The notes under the pieces: model-generated
What the model saw: only the letters and a program-made list of their open reading frames with translations
Databases searched by the model: none
Told to the model about the DNA's origin: nothing
Made by a program: the position numbers and the translations under genes
Assembly (NCBI GenBank): GCA_002269645.1
Contig: NIVC01000661.1
Coordinates: 206,724-270,723 of the forward strand
Direction: 5' to 3'
Source: Macrostomum lignano
Lineage: Eukaryota
Length of the DNA: 64,000 bases
Part shown: in pieces, positions 23,663 through 35,426 of the stretch
How positions within the stretch are numbered: position 1 is the stretch's first letter
Layout of the letters: each line of letters opens with the position of its first letter

Positions 23663-24930
23663 AGGAAAGAAACGAGAAGCAGTGGGACTTGAATATTTTC
23701 CTAATTATGATTATGGTTATCACCGTTTTGCACCTGCTCCACCGTTTTGCACCTGTCCAGTCCGAAATGGACTAATTAATTATCCTATCGGCATCTCCGC
23801 ATCCGAGGTTCCAATTCCCTTGGCCCAGCAGAATACAATTCGAATCGCATAAGGTAGTTTATTGAGGATGAAGTTTGAGGACAGGGAGGGGGTGTTGGAA
23901 AAAACACGAAAAAATTGATGAGGGTTGTGTTGTCTTTGTACTTTTGCGAATTTAATATGCTTTTTAGTGACTTTATAGAAAATTGCTGAACTATAACCAC
24001 AACCAGTGCTGTCTATGGTCCATCCACAGCTCCGCACAGACACAACCAGTGCTGTCTATGGTCCATCCACAACTCCGCACAGACACAACCAGTGCTGTCT
24101 ATGGTCCATCCACAGCTCCGCACAGACACAACCAGTGCTGTCTATGGTCCATCCACAGCTCCGCACAGACACAACCAGTGCTGTCTATGGTCCATCCACA
24201 GCTCCGCACAGACACAACCAGTGCTGTCTATGGTCCATCCACAACTCCGCACAGACACAACCAGTGCTGTCTATGGTCCATCCACAGCTCCGCACAGACA
24301 CAACCAGTGCTGTCTATGGTCCATCCACAGCTCCGCACAGACACAACCAGTGCTGTCTATGGTCCATCCACAGCTCCGCACAGACACAACCAGTGCTGTC
24401 TATGGTCCATCCACAGCTCCGCACAGACACAACCAGTGCTGTCTATGGTCCATCCACAGCTCCGCACAGACACAACCAGTGCTGTCTATGGTCAATCCAC
24501 GACTGCGCATAGACTAACGTCACAGAAGGATTATTGTCAGAAAAAGAAGCTTTTTACAGCATACCTGTCTCAGGTCAATAACAAATGACAAGTGAAGCAG
24601 AGGGTCTGTGTGTTTATATCTGCTTGCGTGACTGAAAATCGCAAAGTGATGGGCAGTAAGAGACGAAACGAAGCCAGTGTCTGCCAGAACGGGCCTAAGT
24701 ACTGCCGACTGTAAGATCTTCAATTCTACTTGAAATACATTACCGAAACGGTTTGGCCATCATGGCTGTGAAGGAGGTGCACCCCAGCCTGCTTGCATAG
24801 CGCAGCGCAGTCTTGGGAACCGCCTGATAATTTATTAGACTGCCGACATCCAGACCTACGTACTCGTCTGCATTATTTAGCAAGGCCAGGTCCGTGTTCA
24901 GCGACAATGGGTCCCGAGATTCTAACAATG
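21170..24930 (-). CDS. Putative uncharacterised protein; candidate exons 24930-24565 (frame break at ~24747), 23280-23114, and 21260-~21170
   Basis: Minus-strand open frames bounded by AG/GT (ttttcatccag|, gagacag|gtatgc, aaaag|cga, gcag|gtaaat) join in phase: LLESRDPLSLNTDLALLNNADEYVGLD...LHLSFVIDLRQ|REDGDQFRWEPGLGCG...KWEVNC. Needs one frameshift; no family recognised. Confidence 0.4.
21310..23050. repeat. Two adjacent related minisatellites: 20-bp aaatagacacattcggtgcc (21310-21690) and 21-bp aatatagacacactagagtgc (21770-23050)
   Basis: Direct tandem copies; these explain the low-complexity ORFs in the track. Confidence 0.95.
23591..23660. repeat. (GA)n microsatellite
   Basis: Perfect dinucleotide run. 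Confidence 0.97.
23998..24500. repeat. Minisatellite, 43-bp unit, about 12 copies
   Basis: Unit aaccagtgctgtctatggtccatccacagctccgcacagacac. Confidence 0.95.
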
Positions 24931-26689
24931 CTGGATGAAAATTAAATTAGAAACCAGGATTTGTGCAGTGTACATGTAGACCTGGGGTCTTGTAGTTTTG
25001 GAGTTTTTGGAGTTTTTGCTCAAAATGGGTTTGGACATTGTAATTCGGATCTACGCTCGTACAATGGATATCTGCTAGAAGTTATGGTTTGACTCAGAGC
25101 AGGAGCAGTTACTCGTGAGCAATTGCTCACTTTATTCATCCGGCCTTTAGTTGCAAAAACTTTATTTTACTCAAACACTTCGGCTAAATCTTTCATTCAA
25201 TCAGCCAGAGAGAGAGCGGCCCAGTTCTCATGGGACCGAGTTGGCGGGGCCACTCTACTTAACCAGCTGCGACAGACAGCACAGCTTGGGGAGCAACTGG
25301 TGACCCCTGAGCTTCCAGCTCGGAAACTGCTCAGTGCAGCCGACTTCTCAGGATGCGCCAGTGGCGTCAGACAGTCTGCTTCCCGAGCGGAGGGCCAAGG
25401 GACAGTTCGTGAGAGATCTCTAGGCTCTCTAATGTCGGCCTAAGTCTTAGCGGATGAGAGGAGTTTAACCCAGACATCTCGCGAGGACCAAGTCGGGCAT
25501 GTGTAGCCAGGGGAGAAGTGCCTGGGGAAAATTAATTAAATTGGCCACAATAGGATGAAATTAAAGTGGTGGTGGCCTCCCGCCGCGCTGCTCTCGCTAC
25601 CCCCCCCCCCCTAGCGACCTGCGAGCGCCTTCCCGCCCCCTGCTGAGACCTCCCGACCCAGAATTTCCCCTGCCGACGCCAGCCGCACGAGCCCCCCACG
25701 CTTCTATCCAATTCTGACCGGCAACTGGACTCCTCCATTTGCCGCTCGCTCCGCCTTACTTGTATCCCCTATTCTCTCTTCCCAGAGCTCAGCCGCCTCA
25801 TCACCACTCTGGCTTCTTCCTGCTCACCGACCCCCCAATTTGTCCGGCATTTCAGCCGGGCTCTCCGGGGCCCAGCGGTGACCTGTCGATCGGCTCAAGC
25901 CCGAGCAGAGAAATTGAAAGCGCGAGGGCAGCGGCGAATGCGATGAGGGACTCAGGAGCTGTCGGCTGATTTCTTTTCGACTCGCAATAAAACCCTGTTG
26001 GACTTTATTTCGTTTACTGACTGACAACGCCCCATACTAGAAGGGGAACTCTAAAGCTCCTTATTCATTCTTGGCGAACCAGTCGCTTGACAGGGGCACA
26101 AGTCAACTGAGGCGACACTGCATGGGATATTCTTCTAGGGGGGGGGGAGACGAAGTTTCCCAGCTTTCCCAGAATCGAAACTGATCCCGCATCGGTTCAA
26201 GTGCTGCATCATAAATCGTTTAAGCCATCCCTACTTTGCCGCGACAGACAGGCTTGAGGCGAAGTATTTCCTGTCCCACAAACGCTGACACCATTAAAGC
26301 CTTCTCCCCCGCCCAAGGCCTCAATATTGATGGCCTGCGAGGCGACTTAAAGCAAACACGATCGAGCTGCCCCAGCGTATCCCTTGCATTGGAGTCTTCA
26401 CTCTCGGTCATATCTCTGGTTACTTCTCTCATCCTCTTGTTCCCCTGATCGACCCAGTGGTGGCAAAATCGAAATTGGAAGCTCTCTGGCTGCAACTCGA
26501 ACGAAATGCTTACTGGCGTAATCTCGTCACAGCGCTTGACAAGTGCTGCAATATCGCCTATTGCTGAATATTCATTGCAGAGTCATTGCAGAGAAGGGCT
26601 GCTCGATTGGATTGATAAAACTCGCCATCTTTTCTTGGGAGACGGCCTGACATTATTCGGGCCCTTCTTCCCAACTTGGCGCCTCTCTG

Positions 26690-27690
26690 GTCAATTTGGC
26701 ACCTCTGATCAACTTGGCGCCCTCCCTGATCAACTTCGCGCTCCCTGATCAACTTAGCGCCTCTCTGATCAACTTGGCGCCCTCCCTGATCAACTTCGCG
26801 CTCCCTGATCAACTTAGCGCCTCTCTGATCAACTTAGCGCACTCCCTGATCAACTTGGCGCCTCTCTGATCAACTTGGCGCCCTCCCTGATCAACTTGGC
26901 GCCCTCCCTGATCAACTTGGCGCCCTCCCTGATCAACTTGGCGCCCTCCCTGATCAACTTGGCGCCCTCCCTGATCAACTTGGCGCTTCTGTGATCAACT
27001 TGGCGCCCCCTGATCAACTTGGCGCCCCCTGATCAACTTGGCGCCCTCTGATTAACTTCGCGCTCCCCTGATCAATTTGACGCCCCTGATCAACTTCGCG
27101 CTCCCCTGATCAACTTAGCGCCTCTCTGATCAACTTAGCGCCCTCCCTGATCAACTTCGCGCTCCCTGATCAACTTAGCGCCTCTCTGATCAACTTAGCG
27201 CACTCCCTGATCAACTTGGCGTCTCTCTGATCAACTTGGCGCCCTCCCTGATCAACTTGGCGCCCTCCCTGATCAACTTGGCGCCCTCCCTGATCAACTT
27301 GGCGCTTCTGTGATCAACTTGGCGCCCCCTGATCAACTTGGCGCCCCCTGATCAACTTGGCGCCCTCTGATTAACTTCGCGCTCCCCTGATCAATTTGAC
27401 GCCCCTGATCAACTTCGCGCTCCCCTGATCAACTTAGCGCCTCTCTGATCAACTTGGCGCCCTCCCTGATCAACTTCGCGCTCCCTGATCAACTTGGCGC
27501 CTCTCTGATCAACTTGGCGCACTCCCTGATCAACTTGGCGCCTCTCTGATCAACTTGGCGCCTCTCTGATCAACTTGGCGCCTCTCTGATCAACTTGGCG
27601 CCTCTCTGATCAACTTGGTGCCTCTCTGATCAACTTGGCGCTTCTGTGATCAACTTGGCGCCCCCTGATCAACTTGGCGCCCCCTGATCA
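26690..27690. repeat. Minisatellite, ~19-21 bp unit ctgatcaacttggcgccctcc, with an internal higher-order duplication
   Basis: The same order of variant units repeats at ~26820-27130 and ~27180-27440. Confidence 0.93.
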
Positions 27691-28174
27691 AATTTTTAGC
27701 CCAAAAGGCCTGAGGTACCCATGTTTATTCGGATAGAAAAAAATGAAAAAATGAAAAGCAATATTGGCCTGTCACAGCCATTTTTAAAGGCAAGTTTTAC
27801 TCAGAAGAAAATACACTTGCAAAAGCATTGGAGGCCTCTCTATTCAATTCTCATAAGAGGCCTCTCACTCACAATAGAGTCGAACAAGACCCAGAAATCA
27901 TCGCATTCAAGTCATGCATTAGCGAATTGGATTCTGGCCACTGCTCACGAGTCTCCAGAATTTTAGAGGAATTTTTATTCAGTAAAACAAAAATTAAGTA
28001 TAATTGTTGAAATGCGCTGTGTCCCTACTCGAGCTGGGATTACCAATCTGTCAATTGTCTGTCAATTGCTTCTCAACGCTAAATATTGACACTGCAGATA
28101 AGTATTACTGAAAATTGCAATTTTTCTTTTTAAAGAGCATTCAAGAAAATAATGGGGGTTCGCAAATTATATTG

Positions 28175-28700
28175 CCAGTGACAATTTGACTATGTTAGTG
28201 ACAATTTGACTGAGCCAGGGACAGTTTGACTGTGCCAGTGACAATTTGACTGTGCCAGTGACAATTTGACTATGTTAGTGACAATTTGACTGTGTCAGTG
28301 ACAATTTGACTGTGCCAGTGACAATTTGACTATGTTAGTGACAATTTGACTGTGTCAGTGACAATTTGACTGTGCCAGTGACAATTTGACTGTGCCAGTG
28401 ACAATTTGACTGTGCCAGTGACAATTTGACTATGTTAGTGACAATTTGACTGTGTCAGTGACAATTTGACTGTGCCAGTGACAATTTGACTGTGCCAGTG
28501 ACAATTTGACTGTAGAAGTGACAATTTGACTGTGCCAGTGTTGCCAAGTGACAATTTGACTGTGCCAGTGACAATTTGACAGTTATAGTGTCAGTTTGAC
28601 TGTGTCAGTGACAATTTGATTGTTATAGTGTCAGTTTGACTGTGTCAGTGACAATTTGACTGTGCCAGTGACAATGTGACTGAACAGTGACAATTTGACA
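28175..28700. repeat. Minisatellite, 20-bp unit gtgacaatttgactgtgcca
   Basis: Direct tandem copies downstream of the CPED1-like stop codon. Confidence 0.93.
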
Positions 28701-28721
28701 GCCAGTCTCAACTTCTCATCC

Positions 28722-31700
28722 CTACAACACGGAGTCCAACAGTGCAGTCAAGAGGCCCAAGCAAGTCCTGTGAATGTCGCCGTCAACTTCAAAGCCTCTG
28801 TCGCGGCCTGGCCGCCTCTGCCGGGGTGTCACGGTGTGAAAATGGCAGGCGCACTTGCCGGGATGAAACTCGCGATAGCGGGCGGCGGACAGGCGGAATG
28901 TGGGCAGCACGGAGAAGCCCAGGCTGGCTGATATGCTGTGCAGCTGGCTGTTCCTGTTGGACAGCTCCCGGGCTGTGTCAACTGTCAGTGGCTTGTAGGT
29001 CACTCCGGGTACTCGAATGTGAAATCCGGGGCTCAGGTCCTTCACGATGACGGGCACCTGAAGGCCGAGGCTGCCGAGGTTGGGGGTGAGGGACTGCCTT
29101 GATGTTTAAGCGCTGATCGTTGCCTGTCTCAGGTTGTCTATGGCCTGTCTCTTATTGTGTCTATGGCCTGTCTGTTAGTGTGTCTATGGTCTGTCTCTTA
29201 TTGTGTCTATGGCCTGTCTGTTAGTGTGTCTATGGTCTGTCTGTTAGTGCGTCTATGGCCTGTCTGTTAGTGTGTCTATGGCCTGTCTGTTAGTGTGTCT
29301 ATGGCCTGTCTCTTAGTTTGTCTATGGCCTGTCTCTTATGGCGTCTATGGCCTGTCTCTTATTGTGTCTATGGCCTGTCTGTTAGTGTGTCTATGGCCTG
29401 TCTCTTATTGTGTCTATGGCCTGTCTGTTATGGTGTCTATGGCCTGTCTGTTATGGTGTCTATGGCCTGTCTGTTATGGTGTCTATGGCCTGTCTGTTAT
29501 GGTGTCTATGGCCTGTCTGTTATGGTGTCTATGGCCTGTCTCTTATTGTGCCTATGGCCTGTCTGTTATTGTGTCTATGGCCTGTCTGTTAGTGTGTCTA
29601 TGGCCTGTCTGTTATTGTGTCTATGGCCTGTCTGTTGTTGTGTCTATGGCCTGTCTGTTATTGTGTCTATAGCCTGTCTGTTATTGTGTCTATGGCCTGT
29701 CTCTTATGGCGTCTATGACCTGTCTCTTATTGTATCTATGGCCTGTCTGTTAGTGTGTCTATGGCCTGTCTGTTATGGTGTCTATGGCCTGTCTGTTATG
29801 GTGTCTATGGCCTGTCTGTTATGGTGTCTATGGCCTGTCTGTTATGGTGTCTATGGCCTGTCTCTTATTGTGCCTATGGCCTGTCTCTTATGGTGTCTAT
29901 GGCCTGTCTGTTAGTGTGTCTATGGCCTGTCTCTTAGTTTGTCTATGGCCTGTCTCTTATGGCGTCTATGACCTGTCTCTTATTGTATCTATGGCCTGTC
30001 TGTTAGTGTGTCTATGGCCTGTCTGTTATGGTGTCTATGGCCTGTCTGTTATGGTGTCTATGGCCTGTCTGTTATGGTGTCTATGGCCTGTCTGTTATTG
30101 TGTCTATGGCCTGTCTGTTATGGTGTCTATGGCCTGTCTCTTATGGTGTCTATGGCCTGTCTGTTATGGTGTCTATGGCCTGTCTGTTATGGTGTCTATG
30201 GCCTGTCTGTTATTGTGTCTATGGCCTGTCTCTTATGGTGTCTATGGCCTGTCTGTTAGTGTGTCTATGGCCTGTCTCTTAGTTTGTCTATGGCCTGTCT
30301 CTTATGGCGTCTATGACCTGTCTCTTATTGTATCTATGGCCTGTCTGTTATTGTGTCTATGGCCTGTCTGTTATGGTGTCTATGGCCTGTCTGTTATGGT
30401 GTCTATGGCCTGTCTGTTAGTGTGTCTATGGCCTGTCTGTTAGTGTGTCTATGGCCTGTCTCTTATTGTGTCTATGGCCTGTCTCTTATTGTGTCTATGG
30501 CCTGTCTCTTAGTGTGTCGATGATCTCTCTTATTGTGTCTATGGCCCGTCTATTATTGTGTCTATGGCCTGTCTCTTATTGTGTCTATGGCCTGTCTCTT
30601 ATTGTGTCTATGGCCTGTCTCTTAGTGTGTCGATGATCTCTCTTATTGTGTCTATTGTCTGTCTCTTTCTGTGTCCATGGCCTGTCTCGTAGTGTGTCTT
30701 CACCTGCCTATGTGTGTTTTGAACATATTAGGGTCTGCCTTTAACTGTTAAAAAGTCTGTTTATAGGTTTACGAGCTGAAAACCCTCAGATGGGGTCAGT
30801 GGACAGTCAGCATACAGTGCTCAGATGGGGTCAGTGGACAGTCAGCATACAGTGCTCAGATGGGGTCAGTGGACAGAGTTGGCTGTTAAACCCACAATCA
30901 ATGATTAATTTGCATTCAGTCCTGTTGCACACATTAGGACATCCGCAATGCTAATGGCTCTCTCATTCGATCAAACACTGCTGCTAATTGGAACCATATT
31001 CCGCTTGAGTCAGTGACCACCCCCCCCCCTGTCCCCGCTATAAATCCTGTCCTCATGCGTGCATCCATTTTGAGGGATGCAGCTAAAAAATCAATGACCA
31101 TTTGGGTTTAGGAAGGGAAGCGCAGTAGTAAGGGATGTCTCGCTGATTGCTACTATAGGATTGGGATAGACGGCTATTGATTGAGGTTGGGATATTTGTG
31201 TGCTAAGGGAAATATATATTAAGCATGCAACACAGTCAAAAACGATTGCACATGTCCTTCAATATGCAAACCATGTGTCCTTGGTTTATAGTGCAAATTT
31301 ATCCAGTTTGTTGAAATATGAGCATTGCCAAGCTTTAACTGTCTACTGCATGAAGGGAGGAGAGAGGCGAAGGAGAAAGGGGAAAGGGGGGAATGAGTGA
31401 GGGGGGAGGAGAGATGGGAGAAAGAGAGAGGGGGATAGAGGGGAGAAGGAGAGAGGGGAGAAGGAGAGAGGGGAGAAGGAGAGAGGGGAGAAGGAGAGAA
31501 GTGAGAAGGAGAAAGGGGAGAAGGAGAGATGGGAGAAGGAGAGAGGGGAGAAGGAGAGAGGGGAGAAGGAGAGATGGGAGAAGGAGAGAGGGGAGAAGGA
31601 GAGAGAGGAGAAGGAGAAAGGGGAGAAGGAGAGAGGGGAGAAGGAGAGAGGGGAGAAGGAGAGAGGGGAGAAGGAGAGAGAGGAGAAGGAGAGAGGGGAG

Positions 31701-34700
31701 AAGGAGAGAGGGGAGAAGGAGAGATGGGAGAAAGAGAGAGGGGAGAAGGAAAGAGGGGAGAAGGAGAGAAGTGAGAAGGAGAGAGGGGAGAAGGAGAGAG
31801 GGGAGAAGGAGAGAGGGGAGAAGGAGAGAGAGGAGGAGAGAGGGGAGAAGGAGAGAGGGGAGGAGAGAGGGGAGAAGGAGAGAGGGGAGAAGGAGAGAGA
31901 GGAGAAGAAGAGAGCGGAGAAGGAGAGAGGGGAGAAGGAGAGAGGGGAGAAGGAGAGAGGGGAGAAGGAGAGAGAGGAGGAGAGAGGGGAGAAGGAGAGA
32001 GGGGAGAAGGAGAGAGGGGAGGAGAGAGGGGAGAAGGAGAGAGAGGAGAAGGAGAAAGGGGAGAAGGAGAAAGGGGAGAAGGAGAGAGGGGAGAAGGAGA
32101 GAGAGGAGAAGGAGAGAGAGGAGAAGAAGAGAGGGGAGAAGGAGAGAGGGGAGAAGGAGAGAGGGGAGAAGGAGAGAGGGGAGAAGGAGAGAGAGGAGGA
32201 GAGAGGGGAGAAGGAGAGAGGGGAGAAGGAGAGAGAGGAGAAGAAGAGAGGGGAGAAGGAGAGAGGGGAGAAGGAGAGAGGGGAGAAGGAGAGAGGGGAG
32301 AAGGAGAGAGAGGAGGAGAGAGGGGAGAAGGAGAGAGGGGAGAAGGAGAGAGAGGAGAAGGAGAAAGGGGAGAAGGAGAGAGGGGAGAAGGAGAGAGGGG
32401 AGAAGGAGAGAAGTGAGAAGGAGAGAGGGGAGAAAGAGAGAGGGGAGAAGGAAAGAGGGGAGAAGGAGAGAAGTGAGAAGGAGAGAGGGGAGAAGGAGAG
32501 AGGGGAGAAGGAGAGAGGGGAGAAGGAGAGAAGTGAGAAGGAGAGAGGGGAGAAGGAGAGAGAGGAGAAGGAGAGAGAGGAGAAGAAGAGAGGGGAGAAG
32601 GAGAGAGGGGAGAAGGAGAGAGGGGAGAAGGAGAGAGGGGAGAAGAGAGAGAGGAGAAGGAGAGAGGGAGGAGAGAGGGGAGGAGAGAGGGAGAGAGAGG
32701 AGAGGAGAAGGAGAGGGGGAGAAGGAGAAAGGGGAGAGAGGGGAGAAGGAGAGAGGGGAGAAGGAGAGAGGGAGAAGGAGAAAGGGGAGAAGGAAGAGAG
32801 AAGGAGAGAGGGGAGAAGGAGAGAGGGGAGAAGGAGAGAGGGGAGAAGGAGAGAGGGGAGAAGGAGAGAGGGGAGAAGGAGAGAGGGGAGAAGGAGAGAG
32901 GGGAGAAGGAGAGAGGGGAGGAGAGAGGGGAGAAGGAGAGAGGGAGGAGAGAGAGAGAGGGAGAAGGAGAGAGGGGAGGAGAGAGGGGAGAAGGAGAGAG
33001 GGGAGAAGGAGAGAGGGGAGGAGAGAGGGGAGAAGGAGAGAGGGGAGGAGAGAGGGGAGAAGGAGAGAGGGGAGGAGAGAGGGGAGAAGGAGAGAGGGGA
33101 GAAGGAGAGAGGGGAGGAGAGAGGGGAGAAGGAGAGAGGGGAGGAGAGAGGGGAGAAGGAGAGAGGGGAGGAGAGAGGGGAGAAGGAGAGAGGGGAGAAG
33201 GAGAGAGGGGAGAAGGAGAGAAGTGAGAAGGAGAAAGGGGAGGAGAGAGGGGAGAAGGAGAGAGGGGAGGAGAGAGGGGAGAAGGAGAGAGGGGAGGAGA
33301 GAGGGGAGAAGGAGAGAGGGGAGGAGAGAGGGGAGAAGGAGAGAGGGGAGAAGGAGAGAGGGGAGGAGGAGGAGGGAGGAGGAGAGAGGGGAGAGATACG
33401 TGAAAGAGCTGAAGGGTAAGGGCACAGGGGCAGACGGTTTTGTGAAGAAATTTTTATGCTTTAAGCTACCAGAGCCTCGGGTTGCGGATGAAGCCGTCAA
33501 TCAGAGCCATGTAAAAATCACAATTTTTGCAACTGTCTTATTCTAAATACTTTTCACAATTGACAGCCAGATGTGTAGAATACTTCGCAGATTTCATCTG
33601 ACTGACTGGCAGGTGTCAGCCAGGCCTCACCTGCCCAGCAACTCCCGAGTCTGCAGCAGCTCAGCGCCTGTCAGCCACTGGGCGCCTCCGATGACAATGA
33701 CGGTTCTGTTGAAGGCGGCTGCTGGCTCGAACTGCGTTCCGTTCTGGGAACTGAATGGGGAAAAGTCACATTAACAATTGATGTGTCCATCAAAGAGACG
33801 GTTTCTGAAACACGAAATTTAAACTACGGAAATTTTCCCGACACCTGGATTATCCCACACCCGAATTATCCCACACCGAATTATCCCACACCCGAATTAT
33901 CCCACACCGAATTATCCCACACCCGAATTATCCCACACCGAATCATCCCACACCCGAATTATCCCATACCCGAATTCTCCCACACCCAAATTATACCACA
34001 CCCGAATCATCCCACACCCGAATTATCCCACACCCGAATTATCCCACACCCAAATTATACCACACCCGAATTATCCCACACCCAAATTATCCCACACCCG
34101 AATTATCCCATACCCGAATTATCCCACACCGAATTATCCCACACCCGAATTATCCCACACCCGAATTATCCCACACCCGAATTATCCCACACCCGAATTA
34201 TCCCACACCCAAATTATCCCACACCCGAATTACCATCAAACATCCCACGCCCGAACTGCATCAAAACCCCCCAAACAACAGGCAGTGACTGAGCACAGCT
34301 CACATGAGCAGAATCCGTCTCAGAGTTTCGCGAAAGCCGGTCGCCCTACTGCCTGGCAACCAAAACTGGGGATAATACGAGAAGTCCATTCGACTGCGGC
34401 CATCCCTGTCCATCAGCGTCAGGGTGTCGTGGGATTTCTCCCAGCGGTTCAAACTGCCGTTGGCGATGTGGAACAGCGAGAACATCAGACCGCGCAAAGT
34501 TGAGTCTCCGAGGAAGACGACCTGACATTGGAAAAGGAAAATATGCTTTCCAGATCCCATTAGCTGGGAGAATTACATGAAGGAAATTTATTGGGTTCGC
34601 CAGTGGACCAGGGGAATTCCTGAGCAATAAACTCGGCATTTCTTGTAGTTTACGATGTTGCTGCTTCTGCAAAACCACCGCGCCGAGAGTTGCTTACACT

Positions 34701-35330
34701 GATTCTGTACTCTGACAGAGCAGCTCAAACTTCATAACTCAACTGAATTCGATCTTTGATGTCTTTAAGGTCAAATCTTGGGGACACTCCTGACATACTG
34801 ACACTCCTGACATACTGACACTACTGACATACTGACACTCCTGACATACTGACACTACTGACATACTGACACTACTTACATACTGACACTCCTGACATAC
34901 TGACACTCCTGACATACTGACACTACTGACATACTGACACTCCTGACATACTGACACTCCTGACATACTGACACTCCTGACATACTGACACTCCTGACAT
35001 ACTGACACTCCTGTAATGAACCCGGACTTCCTGACCCCTAATCCTTTAGCAGCTGACCCAAAACATCTGACTCTAAGCCCTGTTCTCCAATGACAAGCTC
35101 CCTGACAGTTTCATAGCCAGGTAAATCGCGCGCTCGGACTCGAACTGACCCGAACTCCATCGAGTCGCTTCCGCATCCAGTCGGTGGCCGGGAACTCGGC
35201 CAGGCAGCCCGGGTGCCACCAGCGCGCGAGGGGCCAAGCGCACAACTCCGGGGCGCCACAGCTGCCGCAGGGAATGAACCACCTGGCACCTGAGTGGCGA
35301 AAGTGGGGCGGGGGTGAGAGTCACCTTGCT

Positions 35331-35364
<34 letters not shown>

Positions 35365-35365
35365 A

Positions 35366-35426
<61 letters not shown>

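Noticed and set aside
23998-24500. 43-bp repeats as a possible CRISPR array
   Set aside because: Head-to-tail copies without unique spacers, no cas genes, eukaryotic context. The same applies to all other arrays.
25040-26600. Possible transposon remnant in GC-patchy intergenic DNA (also 52600-56250)
   Set aside because: No terminal repeats, TSD or protein motif could be identified by eye.
31335-33546. 717-aa and 721-aa Arg/Glu/Gly and Leu/Pro/Ser ORFs
   Set aside because: A purine-only repeat cannot contain stop codons; it lies within a CPED1-like intron.
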